64,000 bases of DNA from Trueperaceae bacterium (GTDB taxonomy: Bacteria > Deinococcota > Deinococci > Deinococcales > Trueperaceae): NCBI GenBank assembly GCA_040905465.1, contig JBBDRK010000017.1, forward strand, positions 79,274 through 143,273, in the 5' to 3' direction. A program made the position numbers and the translations under genes. Every line of letters starts with the position of its first letter. The first letter of the stretch is position 1. The notes beneath the pieces are model-generated. The model saw only the letters and a list, made by a program, of their open reading frames with translations. It was not told where the DNA came from and did no database searches. Of the stretch, positions 40,325-50,480 are shown in pieces.

Positions 40325-40387
40325 GTCGACCGGATGCCGAAACGCCGAGGGCGCGAGAAGCCCGAGTAGCTGAGCGACGAGGCCGAC

Positions 40388-41686
40388 CTACCCAACGGGC
40401 CGCCGCGGCGGTGTGGCGAACACGAAGAACAGCGAAGCGCTCGCCACGAAGGCCGCCAGCAGCACGAACCCCAGGCGGTAGTCACCGGTGGCGTCGGCCA
40501 GGATCCCGGCGAGCAGCGGGCCCGCCATCTGACCGAGCATCACGAACGAGAAAGATATCCCCATGATCGTGGCGAACGAGTTACGCCCGAAGTAGTCGGC
40601 CCTGAGTGACTGCATCACCGGACCGCGCATGCCCCAAGCCAGGCCGTGGACGATGGCAAAGAACAGCACCCAGAGAACTCCGTCTGCATATGTCAACGCC
40701 AGGAGCGCGACGGCGTGGGCGAGCATGGCCACCACCGCGATCATTCGCTTGTTGAAGCGGTCTCCGAGCACACCGCCGGCGAGCTGGCCGGCCATGGTTG
40801 CCGCCGTCATAATCGCCACCATGGTGGCGGCAAGTTGCAGTGTAAGGCCGACACTCTCCTGCAGGTGGACCACCAGGTGCACGAGCACGGCGGCGACGAT
40901 GGTGACGGCGGAAGCGTGACCGAAGGTGATGAACCAGAAGGCGCGGGTGCGTAGCGCCTGGCGAGCCGAAAAGCCCCGCTCCAGCACGACGTCTGGTGCC
41001 GGCACGGCGGCGAGACCGGCGGTGTCGTTTTCCGCTCTCTCGCTTGCTGCACGTTTGGGCTTCGCCCCGTACGGACGGAGGCCGTACGCTTCCGGGCTGC
41101 TGCGCATGAGCGCCGTTACGGGCAGCCCGACCACCAGGATCAGCACGCCCGAGGCCACCGCCGTGGGACGCCAGCCGAAGGTCGTGAGTGCCCAAGCTAT
41201 CGCCGGCACCGTCAGTCCGCCGATGCTGATGCCCATCTGCATCAGCGCGAGCGCCGACGAACGGCGCCTCTCGAACCAGTTCACCACGGTCGTGGTGACG
41301 GACAGGAACCCGGCCAGCCCGACGCCGAGGGCCAACACCAGGAAGGTGCCGTAGAAGGCGGGTACAGAGTTCACCTGCGACAGCAGGACGAATCCGACCG
41401 CCAGGAGCACCAGGCCGACCTGGATCACACCACGGGATCCGAACCGTTTGAGCAGCCAACCCTGGACTGGGCTCAGCACCGCCATCTGCGCCCGCTGCAC
41501 CGCGAAGGCAGTGGCGAAGGTGGTCTTGCTCCAGCCGAACTCGGCCCGCCACACCGCCACATAGGTCCCGTACGCCTGCATCAGCAGTCCGGCGATCAGG
41601 ATCTGCAGGAGGATGGAGCCACCTACCACCCACCAACCGAAGAAGGTGTTTCGGAGTCCATTGCCGAGCTGGCCGAGGGCTTTCAA
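40388..41686 (-). CDS. MFS transporter (paralog of 19129-20433)
   Basis: FFGWWVV, EFGWSKT, GWLLKRFGSR, WFERRRS, LRADYFGR. Confidence 0.92.
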   Translation of the reverse strand: MKALGQLGNGLRNTFFGWWVVGGSILLQILIAGLLMQAYGTYVAVWRAEFGWSKTTFATAFAVQRAQMAVLSPVQGWLLKRFGSRGVIQVGLVLLAVGFVLLSQVNSVPAFYGTFLVLALGVGLAGFLSVTTTVVNWFERRRSSALALMQMGISIGGLTVPAIAWALTTFGWRPTAVASGVLILVVGLPVTALMRSSPEAYGLRPYGAKPKRAASERAENDTAGLAAVPAPDVVLERGFSARQALRTRAFWFITFGHASAVTIVAAVLVHLVVHLQESVGLTLQLAATMVAIMTAATMAGQLAGGVLGDRFNKRMIAVVAMLAHAVALLALTYADGVLWVLFFAIVHGLAWGMRGPVMQSLRADYFGRNSFATIMGISFSFVMLGQMAGPLLAGILADATGDYRLGFVLLAAFVASASLFFVFATPPRRPVG

Positions 41687-41790
41687 CGAAAGTCGCTCAC
41701 TACTCGAAATAACGTAACAGAGGAAAGCCTGGAATCCCGATGCCCGGAGACGAAGGACAACCCGCGGATACTCTCAGCAAAACCTGCTGC

Positions 41791-42579
41791 TCATCCGGGA
41801 GTGCTGCTCGCGATGAGCACCTCCACTCCCCTCTCCCTGAGACAACGGAGCTTGTCGGTGGGTGCAGCTTCGGTGGTGATTACGGTATTCATGCTGTCCG
41901 CCGGGATACTTGCGAAGTTGGCCTGATTCGTGAACTTGGAGGAGTCGGCAAGTACGTACGAAAACTGAGAGTTCCTGTTCAGGATTCGCTTTATCTCGGT
42001 CTCGACGAGCGCCGTTTCCAATGTTCCCTTGCCGCATTCGACCGAGCCGGCGCCGAGGAAGGCGCGATCGGCGAAGAAGGACTCCAGGTGGCGCTCCGCG
42101 AAGGGGCCGGTGAAGCTGTTTAGCATCTCATCGAGCTCGCCGCCGGGACAGATTACTCGGGCACCCCGCTTGGACTTGACGGTCATGGCGATATCCATGG
42201 CGTGGGTAACTACTGTCAGGTTCTTTCGCTCAGGCAGTGCGCGGGCAAGGTAGTAACAGCTGGAACCGTTGTCGATGAAGATCGTCTCGCCGTCCTCGAC
42301 GAGGCTGACCGCGTGGCGAGCGATCCGCTCCTTCTCGGCTCGGTTGCTCTCCAAGCCCTGGCGGACGCTTTGGCCGACGTTGGCGCCCGACGCCATGCTG
42401 CTGTCCATGGCGCCACCCGGAACCCGAATGGCCAGCCCGGCCGACTCGAGCCTGCCGACGTAGCGGCGAGCAGTCACCTGCGAGACACCGTAGTGATCGG
42501 CAAGCTCGTCGATGGTGATTACCCCGCGAAGGCGCAGGTATTCAGTTAGTTCGGCGTCCTTTACCCGCACGGTGTTCAT
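41791..42579 (-). CDS. DeoR/GlpR family transcriptional regulator
   Basis: ELADHYGVSQVTARR HTH, EKERIA, GETIFIDNGSS, LADSSKF. Confidence 0.93.
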   Translation of the reverse strand: MNTVRVKDAELTEYLRLRGVITIDELADHYGVSQVTARRYVGRLESAGLAIRVPGGAMDSSMASGANVGQSVRQGLESNRAEKERIARHAVSLVEDGETIFIDNGSSCYYLARALPERKNLTVVTHAMDIAMTVKSKRGARVICPGGELDEMLNSFTGPFAERHLESFFADRAFLGAGSVECGKGTLETALVETEIKRILNRNSQFSYVLADSSKFTNQANFASIPADSMNTVITTEAAPTDKLRCLRERGVEVLIASSTPG

Positions 42580-42817
42580 TCAGATGAGCTACTTCCTTCC
42601 CTGCCGGCCGTGAGCTGCAGCCAAACTGCGTCTCTCGTGCGCTGGACGGGATGCGGCCGAATCGACAAGCGCCTGTCATCCTTCGGGCTCGTGCGTCCCA
42701 GAGAACGGACGAGATTACCATGCCGCCGTCATGAGCCGATCGCGGCCATTGGACCATGGCCATAATGTATCTTTTTATCACAAAGGAGACAATATAGGAG
42801 CGTCTAGAGTTTGGCTT

Positions 42818-42847
42818 TTGACAGATACGGGATCTATCTGATAAATT
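42818..42847 (+). promoter_or_regulatory. Promoter of the sugar ABC operon with an inverted repeat in the spacer (candidate DeoR operator)
   Basis: TTGACA 42818-23, TGaTAAATT 42839-47; CAGATA-N7-TATCTG at 42822-42840. Confidence 0.55.
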
Positions 42848-43025
42848 CAGCAAATCAGGATGACTTTGAGGGACTTCGAGGAAAGTTGACGCGAGGGCCT
42901 GAAATCCGAGAATTGCGTCCCCCGTAGTGGAAAGCGTGGCCCGCTTCTCGAGAGGAGGTGAGGAGGATTGCTTCGGGAGGTCCGCCTCCACTTGTCGACC
43001 CGCTAGCCATTCGAAAGGACAGATC

Positions 43026-44285
43026 ATGCGCGTATTTGTGAAGAGAAGCCTTATCGCTGCACTGCTCGTCTCGGCCGGGGCCTTGCTGTTTCCAGCGTTT
43101 GCCCAGGGAGACGGGGAACAGGTCGAGTTGACCATCTGGTTCGGACGGGAGAACTTCATACCGGCCGATGCCTTCGACGCCTTCCATGCGGAACATCCGA
43201 ACATCCGAGTCACCACAGATGTAATCCCGCTGGAGCAAGCGGTCGCGGACACGCTACGCGCTGCCCAGGCAGGCCGTGCTCCCGATATCGTCCAGATTCC
43301 GGCCGACAGTTTGGGGCCGTTAGCGATACAGAACGCCCTTTTCGACATCTCGGACCTGTTGGAGCAGTGGCAATCCGAGGATCCGGCAGGTCACGGGAAC
43401 CTGGCTGAAGCCGCTTTTTCGATGGGGAGCTGGGACGGGACCCCTCACGGCCTGGCGTTGCACATAGGTCCGTTCTGGTACACCTACCGGACCGACTGGT
43501 TCGAGGAGGCCGGCATTGCGGTACCGACCAACTGGGATGAAGTGCTCGAGGCCGGCAGGCAACTCAGCGACGGGGGCCGCATCGGCTTTGCCATACACGG
43601 AAGTCGAGCTCACGACCCGGTATGGATGCTCTCCCTGTTCATGGCCATGGGCGGTCAGTGGGAGGGTAACGTCCCGCAGCTCGACTCCGAGGCCGGGGTC
43701 TACCTGCTCGAGTTCTACCAGGCCCTTGTGAGGGACGACATCGGTTCGCCGGAAATCCTGGCCTGGGACTCCGGAGACTTCCGTGCCGCGTTCATAAACG
43801 GGAATGCTGCGCAGGCCCTCATCGGCGACAACGTCTACCCGACCGTCCAGGAGTCGCTGGAGTACGGCGACGAGTGGGCGGGCAAGCCGCTTCCTCCTCG
43901 GCCCGGTGCCGAGGACCAGAACCGAACCATGGCCCTCGGATGGCCGTACGTAGTCACCGCCCAGACCGAGCATCCCGAGGAGGCTATGCTTGCCCTCAGG
44001 TATCTGGCACGCCCCGAGATCATTGAGGAAGTAGCGCTCCGGTATCAGCCCACGACGGTGCTGCCCGTGCTCAACTCTCCTTCGTACGTAGACGCCAAGC
44101 CTTGGGCGCCGGACTTTGCGGAGGCGTTCGCCCAGCTCGAGCCGCTGCCCGGCCACCCGCGTCAGCCTCAGATCTATCAGGTGCTGCTGGACGCGATGCA
44201 GGAAGCCCTGCAGAACCCGAATGCCGATGCCGGGGAGATCGCCGCAACCTACCAGGCCCAAATCGACGAGCTGGCTGACCGCTAG
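43026..44285 (+). CDS. Carbohydrate (CUT1) ABC substrate-binding protein
   Basis: Signal peptide ending AFAQ, EHPNIRV, APDIV, YRTDWFEEAGI..PTNWDE. Confidence 0.92.
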   Translation: MRVFVKRSLIAALLVSAGALLFPAFAQGDGEQVELTIWFGRENFIPADAFDAFHAEHPNIRVTTDVIPLEQAVADTLRAAQAGRAPDIVQIPADSLGPLAIQNALFDISDLLEQWQSEDPAGHGNLAEAAFSMGSWDGTPHGLALHIGPFWYTYRTDWFEEAGIAVPTNWDEVLEAGRQLSDGGRIGFAIHGSRAHDPVWMLSLFMAMGGQWEGNVPQLDSEAGVYLLEFYQALVRDDIGSPEILAWDSGDFRAAFINGNAAQALIGDNVYPTVQESLEYGDEWAGKPLPPRPGAEDQNRTMALGWPYVVTAQTEHPEEAMLALRYLARPEIIEEVALRYQPTTVLPVLNSPSYVDAKPWAPDFAEAFAQLEPLPGHPRQPQIYQVLLDAMQEALQNPNADAGEIAATYQAQIDELADR

Positions 44286-44298
44286 ACTCACTTAAACT

Positions 44299-44328
44299 GG
44301 CGCTGCGCCTCGTGTCTGGCGCAGCGCC
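44299..44328 (+). terminator. Stem-loop after the binding-protein gene
   Basis: GGCGCTGCGCC-8 nt-GGCGCAGCGCC, 11-bp perfect stem. Confidence 0.6.
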
Positions 44329-44353
44329 TCTACGGTCACAGAGGGCGTATCCG

Positions 44354-45265
44354 ATGGCAGTCGACAATATCGCGACCCGAGAGTTGCCAGCTGCCCGGCG
44401 ACGCAGGAAGTGGGGCGAGATCCTGGTGCCCTACCTGCTCGTCTCGCCGGCCATCCTGTTCGTGGCAGGAGTACTGGGATACGCAGTAGTGAACGGTTTC
44501 GTGACGTCGTTGTTCAGGGTCGATATCTGGACGATAGGCCGCCCCTTCGTGGGCCTCGGAAACTATCTTGCTCTGTTCCGTGACCCGAACTTTCTGAACT
44601 CGCTTACCCGCTCACTGATCTTCGTGGCCGGAACCATCGTGTTCGGTCTGGCGCTGTCGATGACATATGCGCTCCTGCTTCAAGCGGTTCGTTCGGCCCG
44701 AGGATTCCTGCGATCGGTCGCGCTCATCCCTTACCTGGTGTCGGGCATTGCCGCCGCGATCATGTGGCGCTTTCTGTTTACCGGCGAGGCGAGCCTGGTA
44801 CAGGCGACCCTGGAATCGCTGGGTTTCGGCCAGATGACCTGGTTAGGGCACCCGGACCGGGCCCTGGCCGTCGTGACACTGGCGAACGTCTGGTTCATCT
44901 CACCGTTCGCTACCCTGATACTCCTGGGCGGCCTGCAAAGCGTGGACCAGCAGCTTTATGACGCGGCTGCCATCGATGGCGCCAACTGGTTCCACAGCTT
45001 CTTGAACGTGACGTTACCAGGCATCCTGCCGATGTTGTCGCTGAGCCTGATGTGGCTCAGCTTTGCGAGCTTCAACATGTTCGACATAATTCTGCCGTTG
45101 ACGGGCGGAGGCCCCGGCCGCTCCACCGAAGTTCTGGCCGTCTACATGTACCAATTGGCGTTCCGCAATCTCGACTATTCCAGCGCTTCCGCGGTGATGA
45201 TGGTTCTGCTCGTGATCAACCTGACCCTCAGCCTGCTGTACCTGCGCGTTTCGCGGGTACGGTGA
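44354..45265 (+). CDS. Carbohydrate ABC permease (MalF-like)
   Basis: FVGLGNY, LYDAAAIDGA, TGGGPG. Confidence 0.93.
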   Translation: MAVDNIATRELPAARRRRKWGEILVPYLLVSPAILFVAGVLGYAVVNGFVTSLFRVDIWTIGRPFVGLGNYLALFRDPNFLNSLTRSLIFVAGTIVFGLALSMTYALLLQAVRSARGFLRSVALIPYLVSGIAAAIMWRFLFTGEASLVQATLESLGFGQMTWLGHPDRALAVVTLANVWFISPFATLILLGGLQSVDQQLYDAAAIDGANWFHSFLNVTLPGILPMLSLSLMWLSFASFNMFDIILPLTGGGPGRSTEVLAVYMYQLAFRNLDYSSASAVMMVLLVINLTLSLLYLRVSRVR

Positions 45266-46131
45266 TGGCCGGCTCTTCACCCTCCCTGCCGCCGCGCCGC
45301 GCGCCTGTGCTGGCAATGCTCATCCGCAAGAACCTGGTCTGGATCCCCCTGGCCGTTCTGGTGGCATGGTCGCTCGTTCCGATCCTCTGGTCGGTGGCCG
45401 CGTCGTTCAAGACTCCGTTGGAGGTATATGACGCCAGATGGCTTCCCGAGAGCCCGACGCTGGACAACTATGCTCGAGTGCTCCAGTCAGACGGATTCTG
45501 GAGGTACTTCCTCAACAGCGTCTTTCTCGCACTGGCCTCCACTGGGCTGGCCGTCTTCGTCAGCAGCCTCGCCGCCTACGCGTTCGCCCGCTACGCCTTC
45601 CGCTGGCGCCACATCCTGCTCATCGTCATCCTCGTGCCGCGCATCCTGCCGCGGGCCAGTCTCATCGTTCCGCTCTATCAGATGGTCGAGAGCGTCGGAA
45701 TGCTGGATACCTATGCCGCGCTGATCGTGACCTATACCGCCACCGCGATCCCCTTGGCGACCTGGATCCTGACCGGCTTCTTCCATGCGGTTCCGATCGA
45801 ACTCGAAGAGGCTGCAGCCATAGACGGCGCCAGCATCTGGCAGCGGATTTGGCGCATCGTCGTACCGATCGCGGTTCCCGGAATGATCACTGTCGGCGTG
45901 CTGTCGCTGCGCGAGGCCTGGAACGAGTTCCCGTTCGTTCTGGCATTGACCACCAGCATGGAGAAGCGCACCCTCCCATACCAGTTGTTCCTCTTGCGCG
46001 ACCGGCTGGGCATCCAGGACTGGCCCCTGGTCAACGCGTTCACCATACTGACCATCATCCCGATCCTCATCCTCTACATCGCCTTCGAGAGGCGCATCGT
46101 GAGTGGCCTGACCAGCGGCGCACTCAAGTGA
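45265..46131 (+). CDS. Carbohydrate ABC permease (MalG-like)
   Basis: PTLDNY, AAYAFAR, ELEEAAAIDGA, AWNEF, GLTSGALK. Confidence 0.93.
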   Translation: MAGSSPSLPPRRAPVLAMLIRKNLVWIPLAVLVAWSLVPILWSVAASFKTPLEVYDARWLPESPTLDNYARVLQSDGFWRYFLNSVFLALASTGLAVFVSSLAAYAFARYAFRWRHILLIVILVPRILPRASLIVPLYQMVESVGMLDTYAALIVTYTATAIPLATWILTGFFHAVPIELEEAAAIDGASIWQRIWRIVVPIAVPGMITVGVLSLREAWNEFPFVLALTTSMEKRTLPYQLFLLRDRLGIQDWPLVNAFTILTIIPILILYIAFERRIVSGLTSGALK

Positions 46132-46227
46132 GAGGGACGTGCTACTACGGAACTCCACTGCCGGGCCATGTCGTCAGGGCCACGTCGGGTTACTGAAGCC
46201 ATTAGAAACCGAAAGGAAACCTAGTCT

Positions 46228-47052
46228 ATGCGAGATACCATCACAGACAGTTCTTCGAGCGATTCCAACACAGCCGCCGGCTCGACCGCGATCCCCTCGG
46301 TGGAGCAAATACTTCCATTGGACCGTCGCGTATTGATAGTTCCCATCGATCACGGGATAGTGAACGGCAACATCTCCGGGTTGGAAGACCCGAAGGCGAT
46401 GATCGAGAGGTTGGCGGAAGCCGGCGTGGACGGCACGCTCATGTCGGCCGGCTGGGCCCGGCGCATCGGTCATATCGCCCGAGACAACGGCATGAGTCTT
46501 TCCCTCGCCGCCGATTTTCAGGTGTGGGGCAGCAAGCCCGGGAGGCTCGAGGACGTTCGTGGGCACGTGCAGATTCTCTCGGTGCTGCGGGCTCGAGCCC
46601 TTGGGGCCGACGCCGTCAAAGTGCTGTTCCCGTGGGGGCTTCCCGACCATGTTCTGCAGGAAAACGTCGCCCTGATCGCCGAGTTGGCCGAAGAGTGCCA
46701 GGACGTCGGCTTGCCGTTGATGGTCGAGCCTTTGTGGATGGGCGAGGACATATCGGACAACGAGCACGACCATTTGATAGTTAATGCTTCGCGGATAGCG
46801 GTTGAGTTGGGCGCGGATATTCTCAAGATTCCGGCGGTCAGCGTTGCGGCCCTGGAACAGATCCTCACCTGGGACGTGCCCACGGTATTCCTGGGCGGTG
46901 CGAAGCAGGAGGACCCCAAAGCGCTTTTCGAAGCGATTGCCAGCGGAATCCGGGCCGGTGCACGGGGCATCGTGATGGGCCGCAACGTGTGGCAGAGCGA
47001 ACGCATGGTGGACGTCATAGCCGACCTCAGGTCGCTCTTGCAGGACACATGA
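46228..47052 (+). CDS. Class I aldolase, DhnA/LsrF family
   Basis: PIDHG, LGADAVK, GLPLMVEP, ELGADILK (Schiff-base Lys), GRNVWQ. Confidence 0.88.
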   Translation: MRDTITDSSSSDSNTAAGSTAIPSVEQILPLDRRVLIVPIDHGIVNGNISGLEDPKAMIERLAEAGVDGTLMSAGWARRIGHIARDNGMSLSLAADFQVWGSKPGRLEDVRGHVQILSVLRARALGADAVKVLFPWGLPDHVLQENVALIAELAEECQDVGLPLMVEPLWMGEDISDNEHDHLIVNASRIAVELGADILKIPAVSVAALEQILTWDVPTVFLGGAKQEDPKALFEAIASGIRAGARGIVMGRNVWQSERMVDVIADLRSLLQDT

Positions 47053-47089
47053 ACGAGGCGGCCGCGACTCTGGCCGCCGAGGAGAGCGG

Positions 47090-48664
47090 GTGGTGGAGAT
47101 AGCCGAAGCAGGCAGGTCGCTGGACGCACGTACCGTGCTGCTGGGCATCGATGTCGGCACTACCAATGTCAAAGCCATCGCCTACACTGCTGCAGGTGAG
47201 GCGGTTGCCTCTGCTTCGGCACGTCATGAAACCCATCGACCTCGACCGGGTTGGGCCGAGTACGACTCGGAGGAACTGTTCGCGTCGACCGCAAGAGCAG
47301 TGAAGCAGGTCGTGTCGACGTTGGCCGCCGACACGGTCGTAGCGGGTGTGGCCGTTGCGAGCATGGCGGAAACCGCTATTCCCTTGGGAGCCGATGGCCA
47401 GCCTCTGCGACGAGCGATTGCCTGGCACGACGAGCGGGCGGTGCCACAGTCGGACTGGTGGCGGCGAGAGGTGGGTGAAGAGCGCGTGGCAGCCATCACC
47501 GGGCTGCCCGTCATGCCCATCTTCGGCATCAACAAGATTATGTGGCTTCGCGACAACGAACCCGACATATTCGCCAAGATCCGGGCGTGGCTCAATGTCG
47601 CCGATTACATCGCGTTCAGGCTTACCGGCGCCCAGGCGACCGACTACTCGCTGGCCTCTCGCTTGATGGTGCTCGACCTGCAGGGGAAGCGCTGGTCGCA
47701 GGAGCTGCTGAGTGCATGCGAGATACGGGAGGAGATCTTCGCCGAACTCGTGCCGAGCGGCCAGCAGATAGGCGTAGTCCACTCCGACGCGCACGCCGCG
47801 ACGGGATTGCCGCGCGGTACGCCGGTAGCGAGCGGGGGCATGGATCATCCCTGCGGGGCGCTGGCTTTGGGGCTGACCCGCTCGGGCGACATCCTGGATT
47901 CGATGGGTACCTCGGAATCGCTCTTCTCCGTAACCTCCGCGCCGCAACTGAACTCCGGCTTGGCCGAGGCCGGTTATCAACAGGGAGTCCACACGGTCTC
48001 CGGCACGTACTACTGCAACGGCGGGCTCTACACCTCAGGAGCGTGCGTCGAGTGGCTTCGTGGGCTGCTTTCGCCCGACGGCGAGACGTCTTACGACGCC
48101 CTGATAGAGAGCGCTTCCAGGGCCGAGCCGGGCAGCGCCGGCGTGTTCTTCCTGCCTCACCTGCTGATGGCCAATACGCCGGTGAATGACGTGTTGTCTC
48201 GCGGTGCCTTCGTCGGCCTGTCCGCCTCGACGGATCGCGGGTCGATCGCCCGAGCCGTCTTCGAAGGCCTGGCGTACGAAGCACAGCTCGCGCTCGACGG
48301 ACTGGTGGAACGGCTGGACCTGAAAGTCGAGCGCGTCCGCGCCATCGGGGGAGGAACGCGAAACGAACTGCTGATGCAGGTGAAGGCGTCTCTCCTGCCC
48401 GGCCCGATCGAGGTGCTGGAACTGGATGAAGCGGCCAGCCTAGGTGCCGCCCTCATCGCCGGGATCGGCGTGGGAATCTATCGGGACGCCGACTCCGCCG
48501 CAGCGGCAGTGAATCTCGCGAGCCGCGAGGTGAGTCGCCCGCACGAGGCCACGGTCGAATACCACAGGCGTGCCTACGAGTCGGTGTACAAGAAGCTCTA
48601 CCCTCGACTCGCCGGATTGAGCCACGAGATAGCGACGTTGCGGGGGAGTCCGGGCGCACGGTAG
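47090..48664 (+). CDS. FGGY family carbohydrate kinase
   Basis: LGIDVGTTNVK, AIAWHDER, TDYSLASR, GGMDH, EGLAY, IGGG. Confidence 0.93.
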   Translation: MVEIAEAGRSLDARTVLLGIDVGTTNVKAIAYTAAGEAVASASARHETHRPRPGWAEYDSEELFASTARAVKQVVSTLAADTVVAGVAVASMAETAIPLGADGQPLRRAIAWHDERAVPQSDWWRREVGEERVAAITGLPVMPIFGINKIMWLRDNEPDIFAKIRAWLNVADYIAFRLTGAQATDYSLASRLMVLDLQGKRWSQELLSACEIREEIFAELVPSGQQIGVVHSDAHAATGLPRGTPVASGGMDHPCGALALGLTRSGDILDSMGTSESLFSVTSAPQLNSGLAEAGYQQGVHTVSGTYYCNGGLYTSGACVEWLRGLLSPDGETSYDALIESASRAEPGSAGVFFLPHLLMANTPVNDVLSRGAFVGLSASTDRGSIARAVFEGLAYEAQLALDGLVERLDLKVERVRAIGGGTRNELLMQVKASLLPGPIEVLELDEAASLGAALIAGIGVGIYRDADSAAAAVNLASREVSRPHEATVEYHRRAYESVYKKLYPRLAGLSHEIATLRGSPGAR

Positions 48665-48665
48665 C

Positions 48666-49853
48666 TCATCGGCACGCTCTGCTGCCGCTGCCCGAATAAG
48701 TCAGCGAGTCGACCGGTGACCGAGTCGCGTCGGAGAGAAACGCGGTGTCCCCGCGATTGTTCCAGACGGCCCGACCATCGTTCCGAATCTCGAGCGAGTC
48801 GCCGGCCGCCAGCGTGACCGGGGGAAGGGAGAAGCTGTGGTTTGCCTCGTCCTCTAGCAGCCAACCGGACACGTCCGTCGTCTCCAACGCTCGCAGGGTA
48901 ACGACTTCGGTGCCGTCGTGATCGCTCCCTGCCGGATCGAAGAGGATGCACTCGATGACGACCGTTCCCGAGACGTCCGCCTGCTCGTCGAGGGAGGTCG
49001 TCGTGGTCAGGGCAAGCAGGTGGGTCAGCGGGACCGGATCGCCTCTGTCGGCCTCCACCCGATACGAGCCGCCGGCCTCCTCGACATGCACCAGCACCGA
49101 ACCCTGCAGGTCGGTCCGGAACACTCGCGCTGCTACAGACTGGTAGAGGAGTGAAGCCTCCTCGGCAGGATGTCCGTAGCCGTTGTCGGCGCCAACGGAG
49201 ATGATGACGGCCTCAGGCCGGAATGCGCCGACGCTCGAGCGCGTGTCACCGTTGCGGCTGCCATGATGGCTGGCCTTGTAGACCGCTACCGGCGCCATCA
49301 GTTGCGGGGAGTGCCGGGCCCACCACTCGAACTGCGCTGGCGTCGCGTCCCCCGTGAGCGCGGCCCGGAAAACGCCGTACTCGATGATGAGGCCGATGCT
49401 GTTGTCGTTTTGCCCGAGTGCCGGATCGCCCGGCGGCGGGAGCACCTGCAGCGTTACGTCGCCCATGGCGATCGTCCTGCCGCTTGCTTCCAGATAGAGA
49501 GTGCCGGCAGCTGCGACCGCTGCGAGCAGGCGCCGATAGGTAGCCGTCGTGTGGGGTATGCCGTTGTCCATGAAGTAGCGTGGCCGGTAAGCCTCGATCA
49601 CGTCGATGAGGCCGCCGATGTGGTCGGCGTCCGCGTGCGAGGCTATCACCAGATCGAGCGACTCCACGGCCGCGCTTCTGAGGTAGGCGAGCACCCTGCC
49701 AGCCGAGCGGCCTCCGTCGTAGAGGGTGTTCTGGCCGCTCGAGCTGCGGATGAGCACGGCGTCACCCTGGCCGACGTCGATGAAGTGCAGTTCCAGGGCG
49801 TAAGCGGCGGCAAGCGACAGTACCAGCAGCAAGGCAGTGAGAACTCGCTTCAA
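48666..49853 (-). CDS. Secreted ComEC/Rec2-like MBL hydrolase with C-terminal lamin-tail domain
   Basis: Signal peptide, FIDVGQGDA, SHADADHIGG, HHGS, NGYGHP, RTDLQG; LTD motifs DVSGWLLED and VWNNRGD. TTG start overlaps the upstream stop. Confidence 0.88.
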   Translation of the reverse strand: MKRVLTALLLVLSLAAAYALELHFIDVGQGDAVLIRSSSGQNTLYDGGRSAGRVLAYLRSAAVESLDLVIASHADADHIGGLIDVIEAYRPRYFMDNGIPHTTATYRRLLAAVAAAGTLYLEASGRTIAMGDVTLQVLPPPGDPALGQNDNSIGLIIEYGVFRAALTGDATPAQFEWWARHSPQLMAPVAVYKASHHGSRNGDTRSSVGAFRPEAVIISVGADNGYGHPAEEASLLYQSVAARVFRTDLQGSVLVHVEEAGGSYRVEADRGDPVPLTHLLALTTTTSLDEQADVSGTVVIECILFDPAGSDHDGTEVVTLRALETTDVSGWLLEDEANHSFSLPPVTLAAGDSLEIRNDGRAVWNNRGDTAFLSDATRSPVDSLTYSGSGSRACR

Positions 49854-50137
49854 AGCTCGATGTCTCCCTCGGGGCCGCGTGGCAGGTTCTCGCGAATCTC
49901 CTCGACCTGCTTGCGTCGGCGATCCGTTTCGGCCTCGTCGACCACCAGCCGAAGATGACTCGCCTTGGTATCCTCGGGCGGACCGTCCCGGGCACTTCTC
50001 TCGATTCGCAGCACACTCCCCTCGCGAGAGGCGGTCGGCAGCCAAGAGCGCGGCACCCGTGCGGATGCGCCGTCGTCGTTCTCGAGCACGGCCCAACCGC
50101 CGACTTCGAAGCGATCTACTACCCAGAAAGCGCCCAT
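49850..50137 (-). CDS. DUF3006 family protein
   Basis: VVDRFE..WAVLE, LP..REGSVL, D..ET..RR; usual neighbour of ComEC-like MBL genes. Confidence 0.8.
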   Translation of the reverse strand: MGAFWVVDRFEVGGWAVLENDDGASARVPRSWLPTASREGSVLRIERSARDGPPEDTKASHLRLVVDEAETDRRRKQVEEIRENLPRGPEGDIEL

Positions 50138-50480
50138 TCAGGTCGCTCTCTTCTTGAGATCGATAACTGCGTGTTCCACGATCGGTACTCTGCTTTCCGG
50201 GGTAACGCGGCCGCCGGAAGTGTGGAGTGTCGGCCCTTTCGGTTCGAGCGTAGGTAATTGCTGCTCCAACATTGGTTATCGCCAACATACCAGAGTTCTC
50301 TTGCGGGATTTAACTTTCGTTTGAGCCAGAACGTGACCCCGCTACCTGAGTGCCCGGCGCGGTTCCTGGCGTAGCGCTCCGAGTCGCGAGCATGACCGCG
50401 AGGTTCGTGTAATATGTGTGGCGATTCAACTCAATCAGTAGGGCCAGCCGAGGCGCTGGAGTCAGGACGCATAGGTCGAG

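Noticed and set aside
43026-48664. Lsr (AI-2) system suggested by an LsrF-like aldolase and an FGGY kinase
   Set aside because: The transporter is CUT1-type rather than LsrACDB, the regulator is DeoR/GlpR rather than SorC-type LsrR, and there is no LsrG.
48666-49853. comEC competence gene
   Set aside because: It lacks the membrane competence domain, so the symbol was not assigned.
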